64,000 nt of DNA, taken from NCBI GenBank assembly GCA_051530055.1, contig CM121342.1, forward strand, positions 9,315,480 to 9,379,479, read 5' to 3'. The notes below the pieces were generated by a model. The model was not told where the DNA came from, made no database searches, and saw only the letters and a program-made list of their open reading frames with translations. Position 1 is the stretch's first letter, and each line of letters begins with the position of its first letter. This stretch comes from Neoechinorhynchus agilis (taxonomy: Eukaryota; Animalia; Acanthocephala). The position numbers and the translations under genes are program-made. Of the stretch, positions 1-11,975 are shown piece after piece.

Positions 1-255
1 GCTGTCTGTAATATGTGGGATAAACGAACAATCTAAAAAGAAGGATTGCTGAGCACAGAAGAGCAGCTATCAAAAGTCTGACGTGAGCTCGGCAATAGTG
101 TCTCACATCAATGGCAGTGGGCATGAAATCAATTTTGATGGCGTCGAGGTTCTTGCGAGGAGTAATGTAAGACACGACAGAGTGAAGCTGACTACAAACT
201 CGGTCTGCGAGTCCCGCCGGATAAACTATTTAACCATGCTTCTTTTAAATTGTAG
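1..255 (+). mobile_element. Penelope-like element, degenerate GIY-YIG endonuclease 3' end (family A)
   Basis: Manual translation gives YVG*TNNLKRRIAEH...SSAIVSHINGSGHEINFDGVEVLAR, a typical PLE GIY-YIG C-terminus. A pLTR with a hammerhead follows. Confidence 0.8.
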
Positions 256-256
256 A

Positions 257-296
257 TTGACTGAAGAAGGCCAACGAAAACACCGAAAATTTTCAA
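257..296 (+). ncRNA. Minimal type I hammerhead ribozyme, stem II mutated (PLE family A pLTR copy 1)
   Basis: TTGA-CTGAAGA-A-GGCC-AACGAAAA-CACC-GAAA-AT-T-T-TCAA. Core and stem I (TTGA/TCAA) are intact; stem II is broken relative to copy 2. Confidence 0.65.
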
Positions 297-560
297 GATA
301 AATATATTTTCTGAATCAAACATCGCTAACTGAAACTGAAAATAAAAAAGGAAATCGAATTCATTATGATCAGCTTTTCTAATTGAAAAAACTTGTCCGG
401 TTGGATAATAAACTGGTAAAACGTTTCTTAACTGATTTAGGAAACTCTTGCCCAAAGATTACGAAGGCGCCAGGGCCTCAGTTGCCTCCAAATTAGCATG
501 CCTGATCGAGCGCATCCTACGTGATTCAACTATTTGACAATGCTTCTTTTAAATTGTAGA

Positions 561-600
561 TTGACTGAAGAAGGCCAACGAAAAGGCCGAAAATTTTCAA
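561..600 (+). ncRNA. Minimal type I hammerhead ribozyme (PLE family A pLTR copy 2)
   Basis: TTGA-CTGAAGA-A-GGCC-AACGAAAA-GGCC-GAAA-AT-T-T-TCAA: CUGANGA/GAAA core, stem I 4 bp, stem II 4 bp, palindromic helix III (AATT). Lies in a ~120-bp direct repeat (~224-341 and ~529-645). Confidence 0.8.
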
Positions 601-689
601 GATAAATATATTTTCTGAATCAAGCATCGCTAATTGAAACTGAAACTGTAATGAATAATTTCTTTACAATAACCAAACAGATCTATAGC

Positions 690-1328
690 GAGTCTGCTTT
701 ACACCAACTGCGTCTAATGGAGAAATTGTTCTTGAGAATAGTCCGCAACAAAAATGCATCGGAATTCCTAGAAAGTTGTAAACTGTGACCCCAAGAATCG
801 GAGCCCTGCAGTTTAGAACTAAGATGGAGGAGTTATTGTATGACTTATCGATTAGAATTAAGAATGTTCCATTAGGGGAGCTTGAAGGAAGTTACAATAG
901 GGCGATTTTGAAGGGAAGAAATCGGGTTTCGAATGTAACAGATACGATGTTTGTTAGACTCAAAGAGATCAACGCACGACTAAAAATCGATAAAGGACAT
1001 CGATTTTGTGTGATAAACAAAGAACAGTTCAAACAACTGGGTGAAGAAATTCTCTAAGCGAATGAATTCAAGAGGTTAGATGTTTGTCCCATAGAAAAAC
1101 GTGAGAATGAACTTAACAGATTGCTTCTGAAATTAGTGAAACAGAAATGTTTACCAGAAGAGGAATATAGAAGAATACGATCTGTGAATGTAAAGACGCC
1201 AAAAATTTATTTATTGGCAAAGATCCACAGAACACCCATCAAAGAGCGACCGATCATCGCTGCACACTCTTCCTATAATTATAAGTTTCCAAAGAAATTA
1301 TCTAGTTTTATTAAACAGCTCCTAACCC
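690..1328 (+). mobile_element. Penelope-like element ORF, 5' part up to the RT N-terminus (truncated by a LINE)
   Basis: PKIYLLAKIHRTPIKERPII resembles the PLE pre-RT motif PxxYxLPKIHK..RPII. It lies directly downstream of tandem pLTRs. Confidence 0.75.
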
Positions 1329-4270
1329 CATAACATAACATGATTTATTCATCGTAAATTATTATTATTACAATAGTAAGATTCTAATTCCTGTTAATTC
1401 GTCCATTTCTCGAGCCTTATAAGGAAGAAGTCTCTTAGCTCTCCAGCCCAGGTAAGAGGCAACGAGTCTAGATGCTTCAAAAAGGCGTTAATGAACTGTA
1501 GTTTCTGTTCTGGAGGGCGACCTCTGGAAAAAATACCAGGCTAGAGATTGCCCGAGTATTCTAAATGGATTCGATTTGCTTAAGACTCAATCCAAGATTA
1601 CAGGCCCGTCTGGCTTTAGATTTGGCAATTTTCAAAAGTTTTCTCGTTCTGGTAATATCAGGTCTAACAGAGAGATTAGCATTAAAAGTATGTCCTAAAA
1701 TTCGCAGATTGATAGGGGAATTTGAATCTATTTGTGGAGGGTTTAGATTAGGGTTAACAATTTTATCTAAGAAAGTTTTAAGGTTTTTGCGAAGACGACT
1801 AGACCGTATTTTGAAAATACATTTCGTTTTCGATAAGTTCAAAGAAAGGTTCATTTTTGTCAAGATGGAGTTGAGGTAGTCCAAAGATTGCTTTTCTCTA
1901 CTCTGTGAGCGTCGAAGACAAATGTGATGTCATCTGCATAACAAGTTAAAGAAGCTTTAACTTTGAAATTTTGAACAATGTATTGTGAGGTCATTAAAAA
2001 CAAGATAGGGGATAGCGGCGCACCTTGCGGCACGTCGGTGAGAGGATAATAAAGGGTCTGTGATGTGTCGTCATCAAAAAAGAACGATTTCTTGAATAAA
2101 ATATTGTTGACTCTAGAGATGATGTTATGAGGAACACTGAAAATTCAAGAATTTCAATTATAAAATGAAATATTGTCGAGAGCACGAGATAAGTCCGCGG
2201 CTAAGATACCACGGGTGCATTGGAATCATTAAAACTGGAATAAATGTCGGGAAGAGCTGTGTGAACTGATTTACCCTTCTGAAAACCATGAAAATTGCTA
2301 GAAATGCAATGATGCTCCAGCCAGTGAGCTAAAGCACGCTCGTAAATCGTCACTAAAGGATTTTGAAGTGAGATAGGTTGAAGATCATTTGGATGAGCTA
2401 TTGATCTTTTCCTATTTTTAACAAGGAAAATTCGTCTGGATGTGTTAATATCACTCCAAGCGTATGGAGAACTGCTCAGCATTAAAATGGCAATAAACCG
2501 AATACAGTCTTGCTGGAGTAGGTTAAATATTTTAGCACTGGAGGTTCTATTAGAGGATGAGGTTTTAGGGTGGAACGGCCAAACATTCAAAATGTCATAA
2601 ACATTAAGGTCTGAGCGACCAGCTATTAGTCTGCGAAATACTAACGAGGGTCTATCCTTTATACAACCAACAGAATGGAATTCGAAAATAGCACTAAAAA
2701 TAGATTCCATATTAGCAGATTTTAACCAGCTCACAACTTTTGATTTCCAATTGATGAAGTTCTTTTTTGAAAAAGTTGACAACCATTTCGAAGAGTAAGG
2801 TTTAAGAGTGTCGAATACCGCACCTTCTCTTCTGTAATGCTGTCTACATCGAGCAGCATAAAAAGTGATTGGAAAGCACCTTGGAGAGAATGGAGTCTCC
2901 GGCTTGTTTAGCTAGTTATAATTGCCTTCCAATAAAGCGCAAGGAATGGCTTTCGTAGGGTCTAGAAAAGATCCTTATTGGATGATATAGATATAAATTG
3001 TCCGTTTTGTTGATTAAGCTATTTATGTTAGGGAGGGTTAAAAGGAAGTTGTTTTTGGAAACATAAAGTGAAAAAATATTTTGAACGACGCATTTAAAAA
3101 GAGCGATGTTCAGGGGGGACAGATGAGAGATTCTTCGTAAAGTGTCGTTAGTCCCACAAGACCAAATTAAAAAATCGTGACCGGTCAGGTCAAAAAGGGA
3201 AACTTGACTATAAACCTGAATTAAGAGACTATGACATTTCCTACTGATAATCAAGTCTAAAAAGGAGTGGGTGCTTTTGTAGATTACGTGAAATGACGGA
3301 GATTGTGGTAAAGAAAGTTCACAGGAAGGTTTGACGAAGTTGATCATTGCTTTGGTCCATTTTAACGAGGGATCGTTGAAGTCCCCAACAATAAAATCTA
3401 TGTTGAATCCAAGGAGGGACTTTAATATATTTTTAGGGGAAGGACGATGCACAAAACCAGGTTTAATGCGCAAGTTTGCAATAGTGAAATATCTTTTGCT
3501 AAATAAAAATTTGTAGAGAGAGAGTAAGATAGTTCATTCGAGCTAAAAGCAGAAATCAAAGTAGCATTAAGTGAGAAATTAAAAATTGATATTAGTCCTT
3601 GCGAGGAATGACCAAAAGTAGTAGTGATGAAGCAGCCGAACTCTGGAGAGTTGAGTTGACGTAGAATATTGTATAGTTGAGCGTTCGTATGAATGCTCTT
3701 GGTTTCCAGTATTAAAAAAATTGAAATTCCCGGGATAAAACGTGTAAACTTGTGGAGATTTGTCGTAGATAAAGTTTAACTTTAACATATAAAAGTATTT
3801 CAAAGTATTCTTTGTCCTCTTGGCTAATACTGGGCTGTAATTCATTCGCAAAGAATTGCACTTTATGTGACGAGCATGATATCGTTGAGGTTGGCGATCG
3901 CAAATTTTTGTAGATTAATTAGCCAATTATGATTGGTCAAGTAAATTCTTAGAACATCACCGAAATATGTAACATGGTCTATACGTTTGATTCCATCATT
4001 TTTGAAAGAACGGGCCCATGGGGTGATTGTTGGTTCGATTTTATGGTGATTGCATTAGGCCATCGCTTAGTAGGATAAAATAAAATAAGCTTCTTGGGAA
4101 TTGATTGAAGATGTCCATTTATTAAGCTGAGGAGTAGGGTTCGAAACAGAATCAGACAGCAACGGCTCTCGCAATGCTGAGGAACCGGAATTCTTAGAGT
4201 TGGGTGCTCGCTGACCCATCACAGATCCTCCACGATCATCGGGAGGGTTCCCGGGTTTCAGAAACAGTTT
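1329..4270 (-). mobile_element. Degenerate APE-RT non-LTR retrotransposon (CR1/L2-like)
   Basis: APE motif IVGDFND (2916-3473); RT motifs QPISLQN and FHGFQKGKS (2201-2782); C-terminal LRILGHTFNANL; 3' end AATAAA plus (TGTTA)n tail at 1329-1355. Confidence 0.8.
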
Positions 4271-4359
4271 TTGAACTGCTAGCGCGATTTTTCATTATAA
4301 CAAAAACTGCGCATTTTTAGAAACGAAAAAAAATCGCCAACTTTTTTAAACACAATGGT

Positions 4360-4850
4360 TTTTAACGTTTAAATTTACGGCAATAATCGATCCATCTAAT
4401 TAAAAAACGATTTTTTATATGGCAACCAGCTTTAAAAATCGATTAACGTAGGTTCAATAATGGACATTTTCTTGTGTAACACCTTAGAAAATGGATCAAA
4501 TCAGTCTTAATTTAAAAAGACTTCAAGCAAGCAGACTACAAGGCTACTTTTCACAGATTGATTTTTCTATTAAAAATGACGACAAATATTTAAACGCGCG
4601 CCAAATTAATAAACGGATAAGAATTCTGTCGTTTTTTTATACCTTTTATATCGTCGTCCGTTTTCCATCGCTGCAATTTCGTTCCTCCCATTGCTTTGTT
4701 TTGTTCTCCGATGAATCGAGCGACTTTGGAGCTAATGGTTGATTTCTCACCTTCGTAACGGGGACACGTGGAGGCGCCTCAATGCACGTGAGTAATATTT
4801 TGAAATCATTGGAAACGTCGTTGTACAGTTAGTTTTCCTTGAAAAATATT
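4360..4850 (-). repeat. AT-rich dispersed non-coding repeat, probable 5' UTR module of the LINE family
   Basis: Clearly homologous by eye to ~20440-20940, ~22940-23027/23352-23400, ~23460-23740 and ~34020-34190. It sits immediately upstream of the LINE at 1329-4270. Confidence 0.65.
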
Positions 4851-4859
4851 TACATTGTG

Positions 4860-5093
4860 TCCAAATTCGTGCATTCAATGCACTTTTCGAGTTGTAAGAG
4901 AATTTATCGCGGTGGCCTTCACCAGTCGTTTTTGTAGGGAAAGTGTTCTCAATATTTTCGGAATATCATACTTGTCATGCTTTGGCTTCTTGACATGAAT
5001 ATCTGGGTTTTTTAATATATATCGCACATACACAAAACACACAAACGTTATATAAACGATATTGTTCAATGACGTAAATTCGTCATCACTACA
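4860..5093 (-). repeat. Solo/partial LTR of the Mag-like element at 11976-14600
   Basis: ~4915-5093 is nearly identical to ~11976-12163, which starts with TGTAGTG right after a PPT. No TSD found; the left boundary is approximate. Confidence 0.65.
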
Positions 5094-5479
5094 TTTCGAC
5101 TGTATTGGTACACAGATTGAAAACACTTCGTCGCTGTTCTGCTGATCTCTTGAACCACGAACGAATTGATGAATTTTAAAGTAAAACGATTTTAGTCTCG
5201 ATTCGAAGAGCTCGCGCGTGGATCTTTAAATTCACACGGTCTTCAAACATTGATCTCAGCTGCTTTTATACTCACTTGTTTATTGTTGACATTTTTTGAA
5301 AATATTATTGCAGTTCATGCCAGTCTATGTGATGTCCTCGTTTTGAGTAGTGTTTTGGCAAACGTTTTATGTCATAATCAATGACCAGGTAAATAGACGA
5401 ATGCTTATATTGGCCCACCTCCATTCGCGATCCATTGCTTCAACTGCTCGATCGACAAGGATGTGCACCGTTTGAGTTT

Positions 5480-5583
5480 TTAGCGGCGTCACGAAAAGAA
5501 AACCAAGTATGTTCTTTCGTCTTTCGGCTAAGGGAAACTTCTTACGGGTACACGTCAATCCCGTGGAAGAAGTTGCCGCCACA
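5480..5583 (-). repeat. 3' LTR (104 bp)
   Basis: Identical to 9508-9641 apart from a 30-bp indel. Starts TGTGGCGGC and ends GCCGCTAA; preceded on the minus strand by purine tract GGAGGGGAGGTA. Confidence 0.95.
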
Positions 5584-5607
5584 TACCTCCCCTCCAGTGT
5601 CGCCGCA

Positions 5608-8600
5608 CTAATCCGTTCCGTCCTGGAAACGTGCCGGTCTTTTGACTTGCCGACCGCAGCGCGTCGTTTGCTGGTTGGGAGGCCGTACTGGGTGCAGCAC
5701 CGGATCAGGGATTTGTGGTACATGGAGTTGGTCATTTGTTTGCTGGCTCACGTGGGCTCTCTTCAATCTGTCTACCGAGACGTGATGTTCTCTCCCGTTG
5801 ATCTGGACCTTGAAAGTTTTGGCACCAGTCTGGAGGACCCTGTACGGGCCATCATACTGACAAGACAGCGGGGGCTTGACCGCGTCGACCCTGACAAAGA
5901 CAAATTTGGCATTATCCAGGGAAGCTGGCGTTCTGGTAGGGTGATTGCTGTTGGCCTTCTTGGTCCACCTTGGAGGCGCGGGCATTAAATCCATTAGCTT
6001 GTCTCTGAGTTGTGCTAAACGGAGGCTGGGTATTTCGGATGCAGCGTCCTGAACAAACTCTCCAGGTAGTCGCAGTGTTGATCCGTAGACTACTTCCGCC
6101 GGGGAACAACCAAGGTCTTCTTTGGGCAAGGTTCTGAGCTCTAAGAGGACCCAAGGCAGGTCTCTGGCCCACGCCGATGATGAAAGTCGAGCCGTGAGGG
6201 AGGATTTGAGCTGTCGGTGGAAACGTTCTACCATGCCGTTGGCTTGCGGGTGGTAGGCGGTCGTACGGTGGACGTCTACTCCGAGGGCTTCGCCAAGGTG
6301 CGACCAAATTGCGGAGGTGAATTGGTTTCCTCTGTCGGAGGTAATATGGCTCGGTACGCCGAACCGAGCAACCCATGCGCCGAGGAATGCCTTTGCGCAA
6401 GTCCCTGCGGTTATGTCGCTTACCGGAACTGCTTCGGGCCACCGCGTGTGTCGGTCAACCATGGTTAGTAAGTATTTAAATCCGTTGGAGGATGGAAGGG
6501 GTCCAACCAAGTCTACGTGAACCTGCGCGAAGCGGGTGGCCGGTAACTGGAATTCAGAGAGGTCGCTTTTTACATGTCTGTGGACTTTGGACCGCTGGCA
6601 AGAGACACAGACCCTCGACCATTGGCGGACGTCTTTTGCCAGGCCGTGCCATACGAACCGCTTGGAGATCAGCTTGATTGTTCCGTTCGCTCCGGGGTGC
6701 GCAGTGTCGTGGAGGAGGTGAAAGACCCGGCTGCGCCAGGCAAGTGGAAGCCATGGCCTGGGCTGATCCGTTGAGACGTCGCAGAGCAGTTTCGGTCCTC
6801 TGGATGAGAGGTCGATTTTCTCCCAGCGGAGTGCAGGACAGGCTATCTGACAGGTAATGTACTCGTCGTCGGCCTCCTGGTCCGCGGCCAACCGCTCGTA
6901 GTCGATACCCAAAGAGACGGCGGATACAACTGGGGCGCGGGAGAGAGAGTCCGCGACTACGTTGTCTTGACCGGATACGTGGCGTATGTCAGAGGTGTAC
7001 TCTGCGATGAACGCCAGGTGTCGCTGTTGACGGGCTGATATCGGAGTGGACTTTTTCGCCAAGCTGAATATGAGCGGCTTGTGGTCGGTGAAAATCGTGA
7101 ACTCGCGTCCCTCGACTTGGGGGAGAAAGTGTTTGACCGCGAGAAAAACGGCCAAAAGCTCCTTATCGTAGGTGCTGTACCTTGTCTCGGCATCACGCAG
7201 CTTTCTGCTGAAGAAGGAGAGGGGCTGCCAGGTACCACCTTGTTTCCGTTGCTGGAGGGCTGCGCCGACTGCCCGGTCCGAGGCATCAGTGATGATGGCG
7301 AGCGCTGCTTCTGCGTTGGGGTGAGCAAGGAGGGCTGCATGTGCCAATAGCTCCTTGGTGTTTTGGAAGGCCTGCGAGGATTCTAAATCCAACGGGACGA
7401 TGTTGTTCTTTGCCTTGGGGTGGACGTCCAGAACTCGGTGGAGAGGGACCATGATCTTGGCGGCTCGGGGAAGGAAACGATGGTAGTAGTTGACCATCCC
7501 CAGGAACCGCTGTAGCTCGATCATCGTTAAGGGCTTAGGATACTCGCGGATGATCTTGACCTTGTCTGGTAGGGGAGCGATGCCGGCACCCGAAACCTTG
7601 TGTCCCAGGAATTCGACGGAGCTGAGACCGAAACTGCATTTCGCCGCGTTGATGACCAGGCCGAACTTCTGTAGTCGTGTGAGGAGTACTTCCAGGTGTC
7701 TGAGGTGTTCCGTCTTGTTACGGGAAGCGACGAGGATGTCGTCGATGTAGACGAAAATGTACGGTATTTCGCCTAGGACGGAGTCCATAAATCTCTGGAA
7801 GGTCTGGGCGCTGTTGCGTAGGCCGAACGGCATACGAGTGTACTCCCAAAGGCCGAATGGGGTGATTATCGCCGTTTTTGAGATGTCTTCCGGGGCTACC
7901 GGGATCTGGTGGTAGCCCTTGACCAAGTCGATCTTTGAAAAGACTGAACATCCGTGCAGGTTGCCTGCAAAATCATGGATGTGCGGCAGAGGGTATCTGT
8001 CTGGCTCCGTCGCAGCGTTTATTTGTCTGTAGTCCCCACAGGGCCGCTTGGTTCCGTCGGTCTTGTCGACTGTATGAAGGGGGCTCGACCATGGGCTGCT
8101 TGACTTGCGGATGATCCCATTCTGTTCGAGTTTCCTGAACTCTTCCTTTACTGTCCGGAGGATATCTGGAGCGAGGCGCCGTGCCCGTGCGTGTCTCGGT
8201 GGTCCGCGTGTCACTATGTGATGTTGCACCTGGTGTTGCACAGCCGAGTCGAATCTTGGTGTAAGGACAGCTGGATACCGGAGGAGCAACGCCTCGAAGT
8301 TGTTACTGGGCCTGGTCAGGACGCTGACCAGTTGGGTTGACCTCGGCGTTTGAAGGGGAATTGTGGTGGTTCGTGTATTGGAAACCAATCTTCGGCCTTG
8401 CAAGTCGATCATTAGCCCGACGTTTCGGAGGAAATCGGAACCAAGGATGGGATGCTTGACGTCGGCTATGATAAATTTCCACTGGTACCGGGCCCTGCCT
8501 GCGAGATTGATCGATAGGCTTTTAGTGCCGTAGGTCAGGATGGTGCTGTGGTTGGCGGCGATGAGCCTTTTTTTGTTGGGATGGGCTCGTTCGTTTCCGG

Positions 8601-8742
8601 ACGGTGGAACTATGCTGACTTGCGCCCCTGTGTCCACGAGGAAACTTCGACGGGAGTTTGCATCAAACACGAAAAAAAGGTCGCCCATGCTGCTGGTGCC
8701 GGTCGCGTGGGCGATTACTGTCGGCCGGCATCGGCGTTTCCC
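5608..8742 (-). CDS. pol: Pol polyprotein (protease, RT, RNase H, integrase with GPY/F motif)
   Basis: [40 protein letters not shown] (HDTAH...CVSC), [24 protein letters not shown]. Uninterrupted within ORF 5608-8916; the true start is inferred at the frameshift site. Confidence 0.95.
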   Translation of the reverse strand, partial: GKRRCRPTVIAHATGTSSMGDLFFVFDANSRRSFLVDTGAQVSIVPPSGNERAHPNKKRLIAANHSTILTYGTKSLSINLAGRARYQWKFIIADVKHPILGSDFLRNVGLMIDLQGRRLVSNTRTTTIPLQTPRSTQLVSVLTRPSNNFEALLLRYPAVLTPRFDSAVQHQVQHHIVTRGPPRHARARRLAPDILRTVKEEFRKLEQNGIIRKSSSPWSSPLHTVDKTDGTKRPCGDYRQINAATEPDRYPLPHIHDFAGNLHGCSVFSKIDLVKGYHQIPVAPEDISKTAIITPFGLWEYTRMPFGLRNSAQTFQRFMDSVLGEIPYIFVYIDDILVASRNKTEHLRHLEVLLTRLQKFGLVINAAKCSFGLSSVEFLGHKVSGAGIAPLPDKVKIIREYPKPLTMIELQRFLGMVNYYHRFLPRAAKIMVPLHRVLDVHPKAKNNIVPLDLESSQAFQNTKELLAHAALLAHPNAEAALAIITDASDRAVGAALQQRKQGGTWQPLSFFSRKLRDAETRYSTYDKELLAVFLAVKHFLPQVEGREFTIFTDHKPLIFSLAKKSTPISARQQRHLAFIAEYTSDIRHVSGQDNVVADSLSRAPVVSAVSLGIDYERLAADQEADDEYITCQIACPALRWEKIDLSSRGPKLLCDVSTDQPRPWLPLAWRSRVFHLLHDTAHPGANGTIKLISKRFVWHGLAKDVRQWSRVCVSCQRSKVHRHVKSDLSEFQLPATRFAQVHVDLVGPLPSSNGFKYLLTMVDRHTRWPEAVPVSDITAGTCAKAFLGAWVARFGVPSHITSDRGNQFTSAIWSHLGEALGVDVHRTTAYHPQANGMVERFHRQLKSSLTARLSSSAWARDLPWVLLELRTLPKEDLGCSPAEVVYGSTLRLPGEFVQDAASEIPSLRLAQLRDKLMDLMPAPPRWTKKANSNHPTRTPASLDNAKFVFVRVDAVKPPLSCQYDGPYRVLQTGAKTFKVQINGREHHVSVDRLKRAHVSQQTNDQLHVPQIPDPVLHPVRPPNQQTTRCGRQVKRPARFQDGTD

Positions 8743-9489
8743 TGTGTTGTTGAGGCAACTTTGCCGTTGAAAATGCAAGGTGGGATGCAGTTCCTGGATC
8801 GGTTGCCCCACTGGGCATGGAAACGGCATATACCTGGTATAATCCTCGCAGCTGATTTGTTTTTGCGGCGTTGTCGAATCCCGTCCACCATCGGGCTTGT
8901 CTGCTCGATCGCACATACTGTCGAGTCTCCTGCGACTTGAAAATAGAACTTGTCTGCCACTTCGGCCAGTTCGGTCAATTTGAGAGTATCCATGGATGCG
9001 ACGAGTTCACGGACCTTCGTAGGCAGCTTGCTAATGTAGTGGTAACGGAACAGGGGATTGGCGGCCGGGCAAGCGGGAGGGGGTATCCTCGTTGATTGTC
9101 ATCTCCACTATTTCCTGCATCCGCCGATATCCAGGAATGCTGAAGATCTGCCTCAGGCGAGCTTTCAGCCCATCGTACCGATCGCCGGGGGACGGCAGGT
9201 TGGCGACAAAACTCCCGAGCCGGCACAGAGTCTCGGCGTCCAAACTAGTAAATACATAGTCATATTTTGTCTGATCCTGGGTGATGTGGCGCAGTTGGAA
9301 TGTCGATTCCATCTGCAAAAACCACATATCGACGTCCTTCGGAGTAAACGTCGGAAGTCTCACTGAGACAGAGCTGATCTGAGCGAGGTCTGCCATTGCC
9401 TGGTTTATGGAAATAACCGAGGAAGTGCTTCCGCTTGATTGTGGTTCCGTGACGATGTCGCTATCAGAAGGTTGCTGTTGTTGTGCCAT
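8715..9489 (-). pseudogene. gag: Gag, disrupted by an internal deletion/frameshift near 9060-9075
   Basis: N-half VRLPTFTPKDVDMWFLQMESTF...TPSRL is in one frame. C-half PLFRYHYISKLP...LAEVADK...[18 protein letters not shown] (CHCC) is in another. Confidence 0.85.
8736..8742 (-). promoter_or_regulatory. Putative -1 ribosomal frameshift heptamer G_GGA_AAC
   Basis: Gag frame reads [10 protein letters not shown] and the -1 frame reads GKRRCRPTV into pol. The XXXYYYZ heptamer lies just before the gag stop. Confidence 0.75.
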
Positions 9490-9491
9490 TC

Positions 9492-9505
9492 CGTCGGGGT
9501 CACCA
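9492..9505 (-). promoter_or_regulatory. Primer-binding site complementary to tRNA-Trp 3' end
   Basis: TGGTGACCCCGACG lies 2 nt after the 5' LTR and matches the metazoan tRNA-Trp end (...CGTCGGGGTCACCA, recalled sequence). Confidence 0.85.
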
Positions 9506-9507
9506 AT

Positions 9508-9641
9508 TTAGCGGCGTCACGAAAAGAAAACCAAGTATATTAATATCTGATACATGAGTTACCTGTTTGTTCTTTCGTCTTTCGGCTAAGGGAAACTTCT
9601 TACGGGTACACGTCAATCCCGTGGAAGAAGTTGCCGCCACA
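9508..9641 (-). repeat. 5' LTR (134 bp)
   Basis: Direct repeat of 5480-5583 with an extra 30 bp (ATTAATATCTGATACATGAGTTACCTGTTT). Confidence 0.95.
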
Positions 9642-10339
9642 AGTTTAATGAAAATTGCTGCGAATCGTTGGAATCTTCTAGTTCTCGATTGAGCTTTTGA
9701 TAAAAATTAAATTTAGAACAAAATCCAGCTCGCGAAGTAGTTTACTGCAATTTGCGCTTTTTACAGAATATTCTTGTCGAAACAACGAAATAAGTGAGCG
9801 CAAAAGCTTCCTTGTTTGCAAGGTCACTTTATCCAGGAATCTTAAGTTGGGGAAACGAAGTACTAAAAATGCAGGCATGTTCGTGCTTTGATATTCAAGA
9901 TGCAGTGGTGACCTGAACATACGATATGGAAACAAAACAGTTGGGGTATTTTGAATAAAAATACCATTTGCAAGTAGGTTTTCAACGATTAATAAATAAT
10001 AAGAACGCCACTTTTGTGTTCTGAATGTTGCAATTTGTGAGTTTTTCCTCTAATGTTGAAAGTATGGACATGATTCCTAGAGTCAACCGTGTGTATAGTA
10101 TCCATCTTCACTGTGACTAGTCTTTAATTTTCTTAAAATTTCATTGATAATCTCAAGATAAAACCTTTTGCTTAAAGAGGAAAGCTCGACATTGCCCAAT
10201 TTGGGAATAAAATTTTGGGAATTAGCATTTTTTCATAAGATTAACATGCAAATTATAGTCACCATTGGGGTTGGCCACAATGACCTTTTTGTATAAAAGA
10301 TACGCTTCGTCGCGTACGTGTGAAGGAGAAAGCCCAGTC

Positions 10340-10935
10340 TTGATCAGAACCAAACCTCACAGATTCACTTTTTTCGTTTACACAGAAGCGGGTTATTATC
10401 ATTAGTGCGTGTCTTTATCCTAGTAAATTGAAATAGAGATTAAGAATTTTTAGAAATTTAGAAGGATGCACTGCATGGATTTCCCATTCTCCATCTTTCG
10501 ACGCAAACCTAATATCTATCTTCGAGATATTGAGGCTAGCATCCACGTCGATAATAATCATAGTAATATCATTCCTCGGGGTAATCTTTATTTTCTTTGG
10601 TAAGGGGATGCCCGCTGATTAACAAAAAAAGTATCCCTGTTATTTTAAAATAAAATGAAACAAATTTACACTCCTTTTCCCGAAATAAAAGATTAGTTAA
10701 TTTCATTTTTATGACGAATAATGTTAAGCATAACAATATTTTTCAAGTAGCAGAGTAACACTGTGTTACTTTTACATAGCCGCTGTCTTCTATCAAAATA
10801 TTTTCAGCCTTAATATCCTTATGAACAACATTAATTCGAAAACGAGGACAATCTGAGCTAGTATCAATCTACTTTCTTCTTTACTAAATCGTCGTTTTGC
10901 ACGTAAATGTTCATACAAATCATCGCTCGGTAATC
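10340..10935 (-). pseudogene. PKA catalytic-subunit-like (AGC) protein kinase pseudogene fragment
   Basis: DLYEHLRAKRRFSKEESRLILAQIVLVFE, then (frameshift) NVVHKDIKAENILIEDSGYVK followed by a GT donor at 10769. Later GILFLLISGHP resembles subdomain IX. No DFG exon found. Confidence 0.75.
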
Positions 10936-11099
10936 CAAAATACTTGAATGAAATATGGAACTCAGTATTCCTTTTTTGCAGGGTGGTCGCTTTGTTTGCC
11001 TGGTTTGGATAAGATATCTCGTTTAGGATTACATTCGGGGGGAATCTAATTTTGGTCTTCGGTGAGCTGCCACCACCCCGAGAATTTAACATTAATTAT

Positions 11100-11975
11100 T
11101 GAATTAAATATTTCGGAACCTGAGTTCCCTCTTCAGTAAATTATTTTTTAGTGTGCTGTGTGGTTAGTGGTTTATATTGTTGAGTCGACTACTGTGCCCG
11201 AGTGCGTCATGTCCGTGGGAAGTAATCCGATTTCCCCCCCCCCGAGCTTGTGTAGGGCCTTTGTTTCCTTCCATCTTGTTTGCCATCTCAGTACAGTTGG
11301 CATCCTTAATGATCCGTCTTTGCCAATTGTTTTCGCGGTGTAATATTTTTGCCCCGGTAAAGTCTATTTTGTGGTCGTGCTCCCATGCGTGGTTGAATAC
11401 AGCCGAGAAGGTGTCCATTTTCAGTAAGTTGTATTGGTGCTGTTTAAGGCGTGTTTTAAGCCCTTGTTTCGTCTGTCCGATATATATTTTCGGGCAATCC
11501 CCGCACGGGATGCTGTAGACGACAGAAGGTGTGGGCATCTTGGGTTTGCGTTTAAATACACCACACAATTTGGGGGCTGCGGGAAAGTAAGAGATGATTT
11601 GTTTTTGGGCCTTCCTTAATGCGTGTGTCAACATGTTTGTTGATTTGGAGTCCACATATGTGCTTTTGACGTATTTAGGGGTTATTGTTCCGGACGTCGG
11701 AGTTGGAATGGTTTTTCGTTTCCTCCAGTGTTCGGCCCTCTTAATGACCCACTCAGAGTAATGTTTTTGCCTTAACATTGTTTTAACCTCGTGTGTGGCG
11801 GTTACTATGTAACCTTCAATGCAGCATATATCCCTGACTCGACCAAACAGTGTTCTAGCCGCTCCAATTTTGTACTTGCTTGGACCATGGCTTTTCCAGT
11901 CCACTAATCAAACGTTGTCGGTATTCTTGACGACCATAACATCCAGGAATGGTATTTCGTGTTTGGAATTTTCGG
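11100..11975 (-). mobile_element. Penelope-like element 3' part (RT end, GIY-YIG, pLTR; family B)
   Basis: IPFLDV RT motif; VVYSIPCGDCPKIYIGQTKQGLKTRLKQH; hammerhead downstream. Confidence 0.9.
11104..11139 (-). ncRNA. Minimal type I hammerhead ribozyme (PLE family B)
   Basis: TTA-CTGAAGA-G-GGAAC-TCAG-GTTCC-GAAA-TA-T-T-TAA: intact core, 5-bp stem II, palindromic helix III (ATAT). Confidence 0.85.

Larger units (their letters stand above)
5480..9641 (-). mobile_element. Near-complete Ty3/gypsy LTR retrotransposon, CsRn1 clade (4162 bp)
   Basis: Two LTRs, 5-bp TSD AGTTT (5475-5479 and 9642-9646), tRNA-Trp PBS, PPT, gag with a CHCC motif, and an uninterrupted PR-RT-RH-IN pol. Confidence 0.95.

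Noticed and set aside
4851-5098. TSD around the solo LTR
   Set aside because: The flanks (TACAT or CATTG versus TTTCG) do not match, so its left boundary and solo status are uncertain.
5367-9366. Numerous plus-strand and alternate-frame ORFs overlapping the gypsy pol/gag (e.g. 5509-5988, 5912-6442, 8548-8940)
   Set aside because: Shadow ORFs of a GC-rich coding strand with no recognisable motifs. The same applies to the antisense ORFs over CRE elements.
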